Of a DNA stretch of 64,000 bases, positions 22,726 through 47,725 are shown piece by piece (position 1 is the stretch's first letter; each line of letters starts with the position of its first letter). The notes below the pieces were generated by a model. It saw nothing but the letters and a program-made list of their open reading frames with translations, did no database searches and was not told the DNA's origin. The stretch lies in NCBI RefSeq assembly GCF_009914755.1, contig NC_060926.1. One strand, 5' to 3'. The translations under genes were made by a program, and so were the position numbers. This DNA comes from the human T2T-CHM13v2.0 reference genome, Homo sapiens.

Positions 22726-23729
22726 TATATTAGTCTGTTCTCATGCTGCTAATAAAGACATATGTGAGACTGGGTAATGTATAAAGGAAAGAGGCTTAAT
22801 TGACTAACAGTTCAGGCGGCGCGGAGGCTCATGCTTGTAATCCCAACACTTTTGGAGGCCCAGGCAGGTGGATCACCTGAGGTCAGGAGTTCAAGACCAG
22901 CCAGAATAATATGGTGAAACCCTGTCTCTACTAAAAATACAAAAATTAGCCAGGCGTGGTGGCGGGCACCTGTAGTCCTGGCTACTCAGGAGGCTGAGAC
23001 AGGAAAATTGCTTGAACCCAGGAGGCGGAGGTTGCAGATATCACACCACTGCACTCCAGCCTGGGTGACAGAGCGAGACTCCATCTCAAAATAATAATAA
23101 TAGGCCGGGCATGGTGGCTCACACCTGTAATCCCAGCACTTTGGGAGGCCGAGGTGGGTGGATCACAAGGTCAGGAGTTTGAGACCAGCCTGGCTAACAT
23201 GGTGAAACCACGTCTCTACTAAAAAAAAAAAAAAAAATACAAAAATTAGCCAGGTGTGGTGGCGCTTGCCTGTAATCCCAGCTACTCGGGAGGCTGAGGC
23301 AGGAGAATCGCCTGAACCCGGGAGGCGGAGTTGCAGTGAGCCAAGATGGCGCCATTGCGCTCCAGCCTGGGCGACAGAGCAAGACTCTGTTTCAAAAAGA
23401 AATAATAATAATAATAATAATAATAAATCGACTCACAGTTCAGCATGACTGGCAAGGCCTCAGGAAATTTACAGTCATGGTGGAAGGGGAAGCAAATATG
23501 TCTTTCTTCACATGGCGGCAGGAGAGAAAACAAATGCCCAGCAAAGGGGGAAGCCCCTTATAAAAACACCAGATCTCGTGAGATCTAACTCACTATGGCA
23601 AGAACAGGATGGGAGAAACCACCCCCATGATTCAATTACCTCCCAATGGGTCCCTCCCATGACTCATGGAGATTATGGGAACTACAGTTCAAAATGAGAT
23701 TTGGGTGGGGACACAGCCAAACCATATCA
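22726..23729 (-). mobile_element. THE1/MST-type solo LTR split by two tandem Alus
   Basis: Begins TATATTAGTCTGTTCTCATGCTGCTAATAAAGACATA and ends ACACAGCCAAACCATATCA. The Alu pair is flanked by AATTGACTAACAGTTC / AATCGACTCACAGTTC. Outer flanks GGGGG / AGGGG resemble a 5-bp TSD. Confidence 0.9.
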
Positions 23730-24085
23730 AGGGGTATCAGAAAGAAAGTGAGCCGGAGATCACCCACTGGCCTGCAACTGCATCCATCCATGTTTTATTT
23801 GCTCTGATTTCCATCACCTGCTGGCCCCCAAGGCATTTGAGTTTGTGACATATGATATCTTGCTAATCATCTTCATTATGGAATTCTCCACCACTTCAGT
23901 CAGAGAGTAATGGTTTAATAGCTGAGAGAGAGCAATCCTCTCAGACGTAAAGGAATAAAGAAAAGACTTTAGCATTTTCCATCACTGTATGATAAGTCAC
24001 TTATTTCAAGGTTTCATACATGGAACCTCAAGGCTAAGTGGACAGGGGCCTGGGAGTGGATTTTAGGGGTTTTCATAGGTACTTT

Positions 24086-24833
24086 TGTTAGAGTAGACAG
24101 CGAGTCAGACATGAGTAGGGTAAGAGAGCCCCCCACACAAACACACTCACATACACCAGGAATGTCAGGCAACCATCAGGTGATGGTCAGGTGGTTGTTA
24201 AACAGTTTCTCTAAAATTGTTCACAGCCAATACCAGGGAAAGGCAGTCTTCCAATAGATAAAAACACCTGAAACTGGCGATCAGCAGCTTCCCGATAAGA
24301 TCTTAGGAGTTGGGCAAGTAGGCTCAAGCACGAGCATTAAGAGTCAAAATGACGGAGTTTAACATACATGGCCACCTTCTAGGGACATTCGACTGGTAAG
24401 GGAAGAACACCTCAAGTGAGCATGCGCACAACTCCAGTAAACACACCATGCGTGCTCACCTCCCAAGTGCTAGCAGGCTTACCGCACATAAGCACAGCCC
24501 ACCCCAAGGGAAGAATCAGGGGAGAAGGGATGCAAGCCCCCAGAAATATGCCAGCATATAAAACCCCAAGTCAAAAGGTCAAACCACACACTTGCCTTTG
24601 AAGTCGCCTGCTTCCCAGTGTACTTTCCTTTCCTTCATTCCTGCTCTAAAGCTTTTTAATAAACTTTCACTCCTGCTCTAAAATTTGCCTCGGTCTCTCC
24701 TTCTGCCTTACACCCTTCAGTTAAATTCTTTCTTCTAAGGAGGCAAGAATTGAGGTTGCTGCAGACTTGTACGGATTCGCCACTGGTAACATGTTTTGGT
24801 GCTGTGTGACTCGGATACTTTCCACCGCTAACA
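24086..24833 (+). mobile_element. MER50-like ERV1 solo LTR
   Basis: TGTTAGAGTAG...CCAGGAATGTCAGGCAACCATCAGGTGATGGTCAGG; TATAAAA at ~24557; AATAAA at ~24658; ends ...CCGCTAACA. Confidence 0.85.
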
Positions 24834-24853
24834 TACTTCCCTTACTAGTCTAA

Positions 24854-25523
<670 letters not shown>

Positions 25524-26694
25524 CTTAGGGTTATCTGTTGTGCTGGATGTCTTTGGTGTGTCCACTTGATGCTCTCTCCACCTTACCCACCATGCCCTGT
25601 GCCTGGGACTACATCAGCAACAGGCTGACTTGCTCTCTGCCTTCGAGTTGGGTTCAGTTAAAGGTGGGGGCTGCTGGTAGGAGATGGAAGAACAAGGTCA
25701 GGGTGCTTGTTTCCCATCAGGTCACTTCAAACGTCTATACTCTGTCAGGTGACCTTGCCCACACAGTTTTCTCTGACTCTGCGTTCCTGTAACCAGTTCC
25801 TCTCATGGCCTCTGCAGGCCTAGGAATGGAAACAGAACGTGCTATGACAAGTCTTGAGTGTTGCCCAATCCATTGTGGACGTAAACCTCACAGCAATAGC
25901 TTCATAGAGTCCCCTTTTAAACTCTCCTTAAATATCTTCATTTGGCAATGCCATCTATTTCCTAGCACTCTACCTGATGAATATATATGTGCTTTTCACA
26001 TAACTCCGTTTTGAACCTAACATCTGGGTAAAGTACAACTCTCTGTACCAAGAGCCAAGGTCAATAAGACTAGTAGTTTCAAACTTCAGTCTGAAAACTC
26101 TCAAGTGTGCAAAAAATACAACTTCTTCTACTTTTCTTTTCCTTCTTTTTTTTTTTTGTTTGAGACAGAGTCTCGCTCTGTTGCCCAGGCTGGAATGCAG
26201 TGGCACAGTCTTGGCATCTTGGGTCACTGTAACCTCTGCCTCCTAGGTTCAAACAATTCTCCTGCCTCAGCCTCCTGAGTAGCTGGGACTATAGGTGCAC
26301 GCTGCCATGCCCGGCTAATCTTTTTGTATTTTAGTAGAAACAGGGTTTCATCATGCTGCCCAGGATGATCTCGAACTCCTGAGCTAAGGTAAACCACCCA
26401 CTTTAGCCTCCCAAAGTGCTGGAATTACAGGCCTGAGCCACCGCACCTGGACCAACTTTTTCTACTTTTCTATAACCCAACTTAATTTCTCTTTCAGCCC
26501 CAATCCTCCAGGGTGATAGAAACATAAGTTAAATCAGCACAGGTAGCTCCCTGACAATTAAAATACAATTAATAGCTGGGCGCGGTGGCTCACACCTGTA
26601 AACCCAGCACTTTGGGAAGCCAAAGCAGACAGATCACCTGAGGTCAGGAGTTCAAGACCAGCCTGACACACATGGAGAAACCCTGTCTCTACTA

Positions 26695-26906
<212 letters not shown>

Positions 26907-27475
26907 TTAAAAATTAATTAAAAAATTAAAACAAAAAAATACAATTCATAGGCATGAGAATAGAATGGGCCAGGCACAGTGGCTCACACCTGTAATCCCA
27001 GCACTTTGGGAGGCCAAGGCGAGTGGATCACAAGGTCAGGAGATCGAGACCATCCTGGCTAACACGGTGAAACCCCGTCTCTACTAAAAATACAAAAAAT
27101 TAGCCATACCTGGTGGCGGGCGCCTGTAATCCCAGCTGCTTGGAAGGCTGAGGCAGGAGAATGGCGTGAACCCAGGAGGCGGAGCTTGCAGTGAGCCAAG
27201 ATCGCGCAGAGTGAGACTCCATCTCAAAAAAAAAAAATAAAAAATAAGAATAGAATGACACACGGGGAACTTAGGAGCCAAGAGGAGGGACACCTAACCC
27301 AACCTCAAGGGAGAAAAAAAAGAAATGTCAGGGAACTTCCTGGAGAGTGTGATGTGTTTGAGATGAGACAAAACAATAAATCAAGTTAGCCAGACGAAGA
27401 AAGGAAATGGCATGCTAGTACAGGCAACAGCCTGAACAAAGGCACAGAGGCAAGAAATAGCACAACGTGTAGGAG

Positions 27476-27568
27476 ACTTTAGCAGCACATATACTAAAAT
27501 TGGAACAATACAGAGAAAATTAGCGTGCCCTACACAAAGATGACATGTAAATTCATGAAGCATTCCAA
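27476..27568 (+). pseudogene. RNU6: U6 snRNA retropseudogene with A-rich tail
   Basis: GCAGCACATATACTAAAATTGGAACAATACAGAGAAAATTAGCGTGCCCTACACAAAGATGACATGTAAATTCATGAAGCATTCCA is a diverged U6 with the ACAGAGA box retained and CpG decay. The first few nt are missing, no TATA box is evident upstream, and an A-rich tail follows. Confidence 0.95.
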
Positions 27569-27730
27569 AGCAAACAAATAATAAAAATATTTTTAAAAAA
27601 ATAAATTCAGGCCGGGTGCAGAGGCTCACACCTGTAATCCCAACACTTTGGGAGGCTGAGGTGGGCAGATCACCTGAAGTCGGGAGTTTGAGACCAGCCT
27701 GACCAACATGGAGAAACCCCATCTCTACTA

Positions 27731-27947
<217 letters not shown>

Positions 27948-28312
27948 TCACACCTGTATTCCCAGCACTTTGGGAGGCCAAGGCAGGTGGATCACTTGAG
28001 GCCAGGAGTTCGAGAGCAGCCTGGCCAACGTGGTGAAACCTCACCTCTACTAAAAAATACAAAAATTAGCCAGGCGTGGTGGTGCATACCTGTAATCCCA
28101 GCTACTCGGGAGGATGAGACAGGGAGAATTGCTTGAACCCAGGAGGCAGAGGTTGCAGTGAGCCAAGATCATGCCACTGAACTCCAGCCTGGGCAACAGA
28201 GCGAGATATTTCTCTAAAAATAAAAATAAATAATAAATAAATAAATTCAGGCTTGGCATAGTGGCTCACGCCTGTAATCCCAGCACTTTGGGATACCGAG
28301 CTGGGAGGATCA

Positions 28313-28633
<321 letters not shown>

Positions 28634-28756
28634 TTACAGGTCAGTGGTCTACAAGGAGGGGTAATACACACCCCATGTACAGAAGAAATTTCAGTGGAAT
28701 ACAGGAAGAAAATGTTACAGCTTCTATCTTGTGCTTTAACTTAAAAAAATTTTATG

Positions 28757-29360
<604 letters not shown>

Positions 29361-29576
29361 TATATTAATAATACCCTACTGCAGATACATAATATATTAC
29401 TGCAGTAGGGTATTACCGCAGTATATTATTTTATATTATATAATAAACAAATACATTAGGCATATATTAAAATGAGTTAAGCCAGAATCAGCCAATTGAC
29501 TTTGGTTTTGACCAAGAGCTTGCTATAAACATCATTTCTGATGTCCCTAAATCTGAGTAACTCTATGAAAGAATAG

Positions 29577-29827
<251 letters not shown>

Positions 29828-30004
29828 TGATCCACCTGCCTTGGCCTCCCAAAAGTGCTGGGATTACAGGCATGAGACACTTCACCTGGTCGTGGCTTAC
29901 TATCTAATCATGTAACAGGAAAAATTATATAAAGCATGTGATTTGGTCTCATTATTAGTATTAGAATATTTGTTTTCCAAAATGGTGAATTTTCTTAAAT
30001 GTAA

Positions 30005-30265
<261 letters not shown>

Positions 30266-30329
30266 TGATCCACTCACTTCAGCCTCCCAAAGTGCTGGGA
30301 TTACAGGTTTGAGCCAAAGTACCAAGAAG

Positions 30330-34712
<4,383 letters not shown>

Positions 34713-34884
34713 TGACGAGATGGCTCACACCTATAATCCTAGCACTTTGGGAGGCCGAGGCAGCAGGATTGAGCCCAGGAATTTAAGATCACCCTGGACA
34801 ATATGGTGACATCTTGTCTCTACAAAAAACACAGACAATTAGCCCGGCGTGGTGGTGTGTGCCTGGCTGAGGCAGTAAGGATTA

Positions 34885-35022
<138 letters not shown>

Positions 35023-36440
35023 TCAGGAGTTTGAAACCAGCCTGGCCAATATGGCGAAACCCCGCCTCTACCAAAAATAAAAAATTAGCTGGGCATGGTG
35101 GTGGGCACCTATAATCCTAGCTACTCGGGAGGCTGATGCAACAGGATGACTTGAGCCCAGGAGTTCGAGACCAGCCTAGGCAACATGGCAAAACCCCGTC
35201 TCTCCAAAACGTCAGGTGTGGTGGCGTGCACCTGTATTCCCAGCTATTCAGGAGGCTGAGGTAGGAGAATCTCTTTAGCCTGGGAGGTCAAGGCCACAGT
35301 GAGCTGAGATCCAGCCACTGCACTCCAGACTGGGCGATAAGGGACAGACCCTGTTTTGAAGAAAAAGAATGACTCTCTTAAGCGACTAGGGATCCCAGCT
35401 GAAAGTGAGAATATAAAATTTCATATCTTAAAGTATACATTAAATATGATTTCTTTTTTTTCTTTTTCTTTTTTTTTTCTTTGAGACAGAGTCTCAGTGT
35501 GTTGCTCAGGCTAGAACAGAGATCTTGGCTTACTGCAACCTCCGCCTCCCAGGTTCAAGCGAGTCTCCTGCCTCAGCCTCCCGAGTAGCTGGAACTAAAG
35601 GCGCACACCACCACGCCTGGCTAATTTTTGTACTTTTAGTAGAGACAGGGATTCACCATGTTGGCCAGGCTGGTCTCAAACTCCTGACCTCAAGTGATCT
35701 GCCCACCTCGGCCTCCCAAAGTGCTGGGATTACAGGTGTGAGCCAGCAGGCCTGGCATTAAATATGATTTCATAAATTTAATGTGAAAGAGGATTGCATA
35801 TTAATATTGCATAAATTTATTAAGGTTATCTTGACAATTTCCTTTATTCTTGGCTAAATTCTAAAAGTTGCCTATCTATGGTCAGATGGTTTGGTACAAG
35901 AACAAGAACCAGAAACACAGAGTCTCATTCCTGGCTCTAATTTCACAGAGAACCACAAAACCCTTAATTTCTTCAATGCTTGCTTTTTCATTTACAAAGT
36001 ATCACTGATAATTATAATCTGCAAAGTACTTTCCTCAGGAGAGAGTCATGATTTGAGTGCAATTAGCTGCTAATTTTTCAAACATAAAATTCTATTTGGT
36101 TTTCACCTAATAGTAGAAACACAGTGTCCAAACTAATTGTTTCCTAAAAGTGATTATTTCCTTAGAGTCATCAATTCATTTTGAGGTGACTTCATGAAAT
36201 GGTGATTAAATTGAAACTAATTCAGATAAATATAATATCATTTAACATTAGTCATCACAACAGCTCAACATTCTCTAAATAGGAAGGTTGTACATCATGG
36301 ACGTGGGGAGAAATATAAACAACAAAAAGACATGTCAATTCTTACATAAAACTCTAGTTTCAATAGTTATTGATACAGGTGGCTCATGCCTGTAATCCTA
36401 GCACTTTGGGAGGCCGAGGTGGACAGATCACCTGAGGTTA

Positions 36441-36613
<173 letters not shown>

Positions 36614-36866
36614 TTATTGGTATCCATTCCTCCTGTAAGTTTTCTCAGAAAACAGCCAAGGTAATTATATAATTATATATAGTCTCACACCTCTACTATG
36701 CTCTGCAAAATAAAAAAACCGAAACAAACAAAAAAAAGAATTATATATAGTCCCAGCATTAAACTAACGAATTCATGACAACGAATACCACTGGAAATAA
36801 TAAGATTCTGCCTTGGGATGTTAGTGTTAGACTTTAACGTTGAAGACAAGACTTGGAGCTATACTT

Positions 36867-36901
<35 letters not shown>

Positions 36902-37592
36902 TCTATCTAGAGATGGAGTCTTACTCCGTTGCCCAGGCTGGAGTGCAGTGGCACCATGTAGGCTCACTGCAACCTCCACCCCCTGGGTTCAAGCAATTCT
37001 CCTGCCTCGGCTGAGAGACTGTAGCTGGGACTACAGTTGCACACCACCATGCCCAAGTAATTTTTGTACGTTTAGTAGAGACGGGGTTTCACCATGTTGG
37101 CCAGACTGATCTCAAACTCCTGACCTCAGGTGATCCACCCGCCTCACCCAAAGTACTGGGATTACAGGCATGAGCCACTGCGCCCGGCCAGAGACATATT
37201 TTCATCTAAATGGGACCGACTAGGGGTATCCGGGTAGACACTGTGTCCAAACAAGATGCTCTTGCGTGCTCATTGGTAAGCCCTTTTCACCACCTCTTCA
37301 GAATGTCTCTCAGATCTCAGATTGTTCTTTAGTAACTAGAAGATGAGAGAGAAAAAACAATTCATATATTCATCATCTCTCCTCACAGAGAAACAATGAA
37401 TTTTATAATACAGTAATTTTTTAAATGTTATCCCCCTTCCTATTTTGAGTCTTTAGTTTAAATAGGCAGACTCGGCCGGGTGTGGTGGCTCACACCTGTA
37501 GTCCCAGCACTTTGGGAGGCCGAGGTGGGCGGATCACGAGGTCAGGAGATCGAGACCATCCTGGCTAACATGGTGAAACCCTGGCTCTACTA

Positions 37593-37846
<254 letters not shown>

Positions 37847-40356
37847 CTAATGCTTAGAACATACCTGGATAAAATTCTACAGTCACTGTGCTGAGTTGAG
37901 GAGCAATAGCTAATAAAATCTTTGGATTTTTTGAGAAAACTTTTATTGGAGTGTAATATATATACAGAAAAGTATACAAATCCTAAATATAGAGATCAAT
38001 AAATAATAAAAAGGTGTCTACATCTATGGAAACAACAGTCAGGTCAAGAAATAGTAGAAATAGTAATCAGGCCAAAGCAGGATGATTACTTGAGCCCAGG
38101 ATTTCAAGACCAGCCTGGGCAACACAGGGAGACCCCATATCTACAAAAAATTATTTTTAAAAAAATCAGGCATGGTGGTTTATGCCTGTAATCTCAACAC
38201 AGGCAGGCTGAGGTGGGAGGATTGCTTGAGCTCAGGAGTTTGAGACCACCCAGGGCAACAGAGTGAGACCCCATCTCCATAAAAAATAAATTTAAAACAA
38301 TTAGCTGGTCATGGTGGCATGTGTCTGTAGTCTCAGCTACTTGGGAGGCTATGGCAGGAGGCTCACTTGAACCGAGGAACTAGAGGCTGCAGTAAGCTGT
38401 GTTCATGTCATTGCACTCCAGCCTGGGCAACAGAGTGAGATCTTGTTTCTAAATAAATAATAAAAAATCATAAAGACAAAAAGTGAAACTGACTGCTAGG
38501 GGTTAGCGGGAAGGGGCAATGGTAATTATTATTTAATGTGTGACCGAGTAAGACTGTCTTTAAAAAATAGAAGGAAAAAAAGCAATAGTAGTCTATGAAA
38601 AAACTAATTCAAGGTACAAATAGATCAGAATAGTAGTTGAGGTTTGGAATTATCATCTGGGAGGGGGACATAGCTACTGGGGAATGAAATATTCCATATC
38701 TGGATCTAGGTATTTAACATTCATTATGAATGTTTTCCATATGTTAAAATGCCATACATTTAAGATTTGTACATTTTCTCTGGTTATAATTCAATTAAAA
38801 AGTAAAAATTTTTTAAGAATTAGTTTTGCCTGCTTTTGAAGTATATGTAAACGGACTCATATTCGTGTGTTCTTTTGTGTCTTGCTCAACATTACGTTTG
38901 AGAAATTCATCCACGTGGTTGTATATAGTTGCAGTTCATTCATTTTTATTGCCAGTAGTGTTCAGTTCTATAAATATGCCACATTTTACTTATCCATTCT
39001 ATTTTTGGGTTGTATCCAGTTTGGGGCTGATGTGAATTATATTCCTGTATATGTCTTTTGGTGCATCTGTGTGCATATTTCTGCAGGACATATATTTAGT
39101 AGTAAAATTGCTGTGTCTTAGGGTACGTGTGTGTTCAATTGAGTATACTAACAGCTTTCCAAAGTGATCATACCAATTTATTTATTTATTTTTTTTTACA
39201 GATGGGGTCTCACTCTGTCACCCAGGCTGGAGTACAGTGGCATGATCATAGCTTACTGCAACTTTGACCTCCTGGGTTCAAGCAGTCTGCGCACCTCAGC
39301 TGGGATCTCAGCTCACTGCAAGCTTGGCCTTTCGGGTTCAAATGATTCTTGTGCTTCAACCTCCCAAGTAGCTGGGATTACAGAAGTGCACCACCGCACC
39401 CAAATAATTTTTGTATTTTTAGTACAGATGAGGTTTCACCATGTTGGTCAGGCTAGTCCTGTACTTCTGACCTCAAGTATCCAGCTGCCTTGGCCTCCCA
39501 ACGTGCTGGGATTACAGGCGTGTGCCACCCCACCTGGCCCCTCTGTTTATACATTTGAGTAAATTGCAGACATGATGCCACTTTACCTCTAAATAACTTT
39601 GTAAAAACAATGATATTCCCTTACATAATCACAATACAGTTATGAAAATCATGAAATTAACACTGATACAGTACTATAATCTGTGTACTTTATCTAAATT
39701 TCATTAGTTATCTCACTAATGTCCCCTGTAGCAAAATAAAAAAAGTTTTTTAAAACCTTGGTCCAGAATTCAATCCAGCATCCCATATTGCACTTAGTTG
39801 TCATGCGTCAAAAGAAAAACCAAGCCCAGTACAATGATGTGAGGTGGGAGGATTGCTTGAGGCCAGGAATTCAAGACCAGCCTGGGTGACAGGTGGAGAC
39901 CCCATTTCTACAAAAAATAAAAACCGTTATTTTTTGGCCTTTAATCTCACAATCAACAGAGAAGACTTCTGAGACCCTTGGCCACCAAAATGTGTGGGGA
40001 TTTTATCCCACTAAGCAATCCTTCAGTGGATTCTCCATCAGGGTGTCCCGTAATTCAGTTCAATTCTGAGCCATACATTGCATGCCTGTACCAAAATATC
40101 TCATGTACTCCAGAAATACATACACCTACTATGTACCCACAAGAACGATAAGTAAATGAATGAATGAGTGAATGAAAATTCTGACGCTATCCTTAGGCCA
40201 CTGGTACTTCTGACTGGCTAGAAACCAGGGTTCCTGCGACCTCCTCCTTGGGTTTGACTAATTTGCTAAGACAGTTCACAGAATTCAGGGAAACACATTG
40301 CCAGTTTATTATAAAAGATATCATAGGCCGGGCGTGGCGGCTCATGCCTGTAGTCC

Positions 40357-41016
<660 letters not shown>

Positions 41017-41277
41017 CTATCTTTTTTTTGAGACAGTTTCGCTCTTGTTGCCCAGGCTGGAGTGCAATGGTGCAATCTTGGCTCACCGCAACCTCTGCCT
41101 TCCAGGTTCAAGGCTTCCAAAGTGCTGGGATTACAGGCGTTTTGTGTGTGTTTTTTTTTTTTTTTTTTTTTGAGACAGAGTCCTGCCCTGTCGCCCAGTC
41201 TGGGGTGCAATGGCGTGATGCAACCTCCACCTCCTGGGTTCAAGCGATTCTCCTGCCTCTGCCTCCTGAGTAGCTGA

Positions 41278-41846
<569 letters not shown>

Positions 41847-42195
41847 TCAGGAGTTCAAGGCCAGCCTAGCCACCATGGTGAAACCCCATCTGTAGAAAAA
41901 ATACAAAAATTAGCCAGGCGTGGTGGTACGTACCTGTAATCCCAGCTACTTGGGAGGCAGAGGTTGCAGTGAGCCATGATCGTGCCTCTGCAATCCAGCC
42001 TGGGCAAGAGAGCAAGATTCTGTCTCAAAAAAAAAAATCATAAGATACAGATGAACATCCAGATGAAGAGATGGATATGGCAAAGTACGGGGGGAGGGGT
42101 GTGGTGCTGCCACGACCTGTGGGTGTGCCTCCCTCCCAGCACCTCCAGGTGTTCAGCAGAAAGGAAATTCATCAAATCTTAGTGTTTAAATTTTT

Positions 42196-43740
<1,545 letters not shown>

Positions 43741-44064
43741 TGTTTAAATTTTTAATAGAGCTAAATTTCTTGCACCCTCAGCCCTTCCAGATGTTGGTGG
43801 GTGGGGCTTAAGTTCCAATCCTCTAATCCTCTAATCACCTGGACTTTCTGGTGACTAGCCCCATCCTGAAGCTATCTACGGGCCCCGCCCTAAGCAGGTT
43901 CATTAGCATAAACTCAGGACTTATCAAAGGAGCTAATTATGAATAACAGAAGATCCTCCTAGCACTCAGGAAATTTCTAGGATTTTAGGAGTTCTGGGGC
44001 AGAAAGAAACCAAATACCTTTTATACCACATCATGTCTCTTTAGGCTTCTTTACTGTAGAATAG

Positions 44065-44370
<306 letters not shown>

Positions 44371-45320
44371 TGAGCCACTGCACTCGGCCTTTAATGTTTT
44401 AATTCTTTTAAAATTATTTTTATTCTAATAATTTTTCTGTAGATTATTTTGAATTTTCTTGACATACAAGTATGTCAATTCCATATAATGACAGTTTTTT
44501 CCTTCTGTTTTGAGCCTTATACATTTTGTTTTTTTCTTACCTTCTGTATTTGCTAGGACAAGGTAGAGATAGTGGTTATCATTGTCTTGCTCCCAACTTC
44601 AAGAGGAAAAACTTTGATATTTTACTACTATTTTACTATTTAATATGATATTTGCTATAGTTTTTCATTGAGTCACTTATCAGATTAGGAAAGATCTTTT
44701 CTATCCATTGACATTAGACTTTTTTTTTTTTTTTTTTTTTTGGAGAGAAAATCTTGCTCCATCTCCCAGGCTGGAGTGCAGTGGCACAGCCTTGGCTCAC
44801 AGCAACCTCTGCCTCCCAGGTTCAGGCAATTCTCCTTCCTCAGCCTCCTGAGTATCTAGGATTATGGACATGCACCACTACACCCAGCTAATTTTGTATT
44901 TTTAGTAGAGACAGGGTTTCACCATGTTGGTCAGCCTGGTCTAGAAATCCTGACCTCAGGTGATCTACCTGTCTCGGCCTCCCAAAGTTCTGGGATTACA
45001 GGCATGAACCACTACGCTTTTCTCTTTTTTTCTTTTTTCTCTTTTTTTTTTTTTTTTTGAGAGACAGGGTCTTACTCTGTCCCTCAAGCTGAAGTGCAGT
45101 AGTGTGATCACGGCTCACTGCAGCCTCAAACTCCTGGGTTCAAATGATCCTCCTGCATCAGCCAGTTTTTTTGTTTGTTTTGCGGGTTTTTTGTTTTGTT
45201 TTGTTTTGTTTGAGATTGAGTATTGCTCTGTTGCCCAGTCTGCAGTGCAGTGGAGCAATCTCAGCTCACTACAGCCTCCATCCCTCAGGTTCAAGGGATT
45301 CTCGTGCCTCAGCCACCTGA

Positions 45321-45554
<234 letters not shown>

Positions 45555-45601
45555 TGATTTGCCTGCCTCATCCTCCCAAAATGCCAGGATTACAGGCATG
45601 A

Positions 45602-45805
<204 letters not shown>

Positions 45806-45895
45806 TAGTAGAAATGGGGTTTCACCACCAGGCTGGTCTCAAACTCCTGACCTCAGGCAGTCCACCCTCCTTGGCCTCCCGAAGTGCTGGGATTA

Positions 45896-46260
<365 letters not shown>

Positions 46261-46329
46261 TTACCCCAAATGGTTTTTTTAAAACCTAACTACGATTTGG
46301 CCCAGGTTATGGTCAATTTTGGTAAATGT

Positions 46330-46930
46330 GTCTAGTTCCTTTTCCCAAACACTATGACTATGTAACAAATCACCCATAAAATTAATTGTTTTGAACAACA
46401 ATCATCATTTTTACCTCTCACAGTTTCTATGTGTCAAGAATTCTAGAGCAGCTCAAGGGCAGTTCTGCTCAAGGTCTCTCATGAAATTGCAGACTGACTG
46501 GTTGGGGTTAGCTTATCTCAAAGGTTTCTTCACTTACATGCCTGGTGCCTATGCTGAGGAGACTCCAACAGCTAGGTACTGGAACACCTGCGGCTCCTCA
46601 GACATCCCCTTCTAACTCTGTGTGGTGTGTCCAGCAAGGCAGCTTGAAGGTAGTTAGATTTACGTAACAGCTCAGGGTTTCCCAAGGCAGGTACCCTAAC
46701 AGAGAGGCAGGGAGAAGCTGTTTTATGACCTAATCTTTTATGACCTAATCTTAGAAGTCACATGGCATCATTCCACCAGATTTTTTTTGGTTGAGGTAGA
46801 CACAAAAGGTTACTCAGGTTTAAGGGTAGGGAACATAGACCCATCTCTCATTGGAGAAATATCCAGTCACATTGTAAGGAGAACACGTGGAATCAGATAC
46901 ATACTGTCATGGCAATCTTAGAAAATGCAG
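46330..46930 (-). mobile_element. Old MLT1 (MaLR) LTR
   Basis: TCTCACAGTTTCTATGTGTCAAGAATTC, TTATGACCTAATCTTAGAAGTCACATGGCATCA, GGAACATAGACCCATCTCTCATTGG. Confidence 0.7.
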
Positions 46931-47316
46931 CTTGCCGTAGCAGCATCCCACAAGTCCCACAAGCAGCCTGATAGTCATCTTTGCCATTAGACCCAGCTCT
47001 AGCTTTTGTGTTAGGCACACATGTCCTTTTTTTCTCTGCCCCCAGCAGCATATTGCCCACTTCATTGCGTTTCATGCACAGCCACACTCTGGAGTCCCAC
47101 AATCCTTGCTCTTAAAGACAAGGTTTTTCTTTGTTTGTTTCTTGTTTCTTTGGCTGGAGGGCAGCAGTGCAAACATGGCTCACTGCAGCCTCAACCTCTT
47201 GGGCTCAAGTAATCCTCCCTCCTCAGCCCCACCAAGTAGCTGGGAGCACAGGCACGCACCACCACCCCCAGCCGATTTTTGTATTTTTTGTAGAGATGGG
47301 GTTTCACCATGTTGCC

Positions 47317-47725
47317 TGTTGCAGGTGAGTGGCAACTATCTGAGACTGCTATCATGCGGGCGGCAAAGGAATTTACCAAGACAGTTGTTGGTAAAGAAAG
47401 GCAGATTTATTAGAGAAAGTATGAAAATACATTGCAACGGTGCAAGGGGCAGGTCAGCAAGAGAGGGGCAGACTGCAAGGAGACAAAGGCTTGCTGGGGA
47501 TTTTATAGGATGGTACTGTCTGCTGACAAGGGCTTAGAGCAGTGCTGATAACACCAACGTTGCAATGAGCTAATTAATCTACAGGTGTCTTGTGATAAAT
47601 TGGATATAGGAGGGCTACATATCCTGGACCATGAAGAAAGGCAGACCCACAGGTTATCTGCTTTCTCTTTCTGCTTTCTTTTGGTCTTGCCAGCCTGACT
47701 CTTTTTCCCTAGATAGGACTCCACA
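47317..47725 (-). mobile_element. LTR47-like solo LTR inserted in an Alu
   Basis: The minus strand starts TGTGGAGTCCTATCTAGGGAAAAAGAGTCAGGCTGGC and ends ...GCAACA. Perfect 5-bp TSD TTGCC (47312-47316, 47726-47730) within Alu CATGTTGCC|CAGGCTGGTC. Confidence 0.88.

Noticed and set aside
27476-27568. Functional U6 gene
   Set aside because: It has many substitutions, a missing 5' end, an A-rich tail instead of a T-run terminator, and no evident upstream TATA/PSE.
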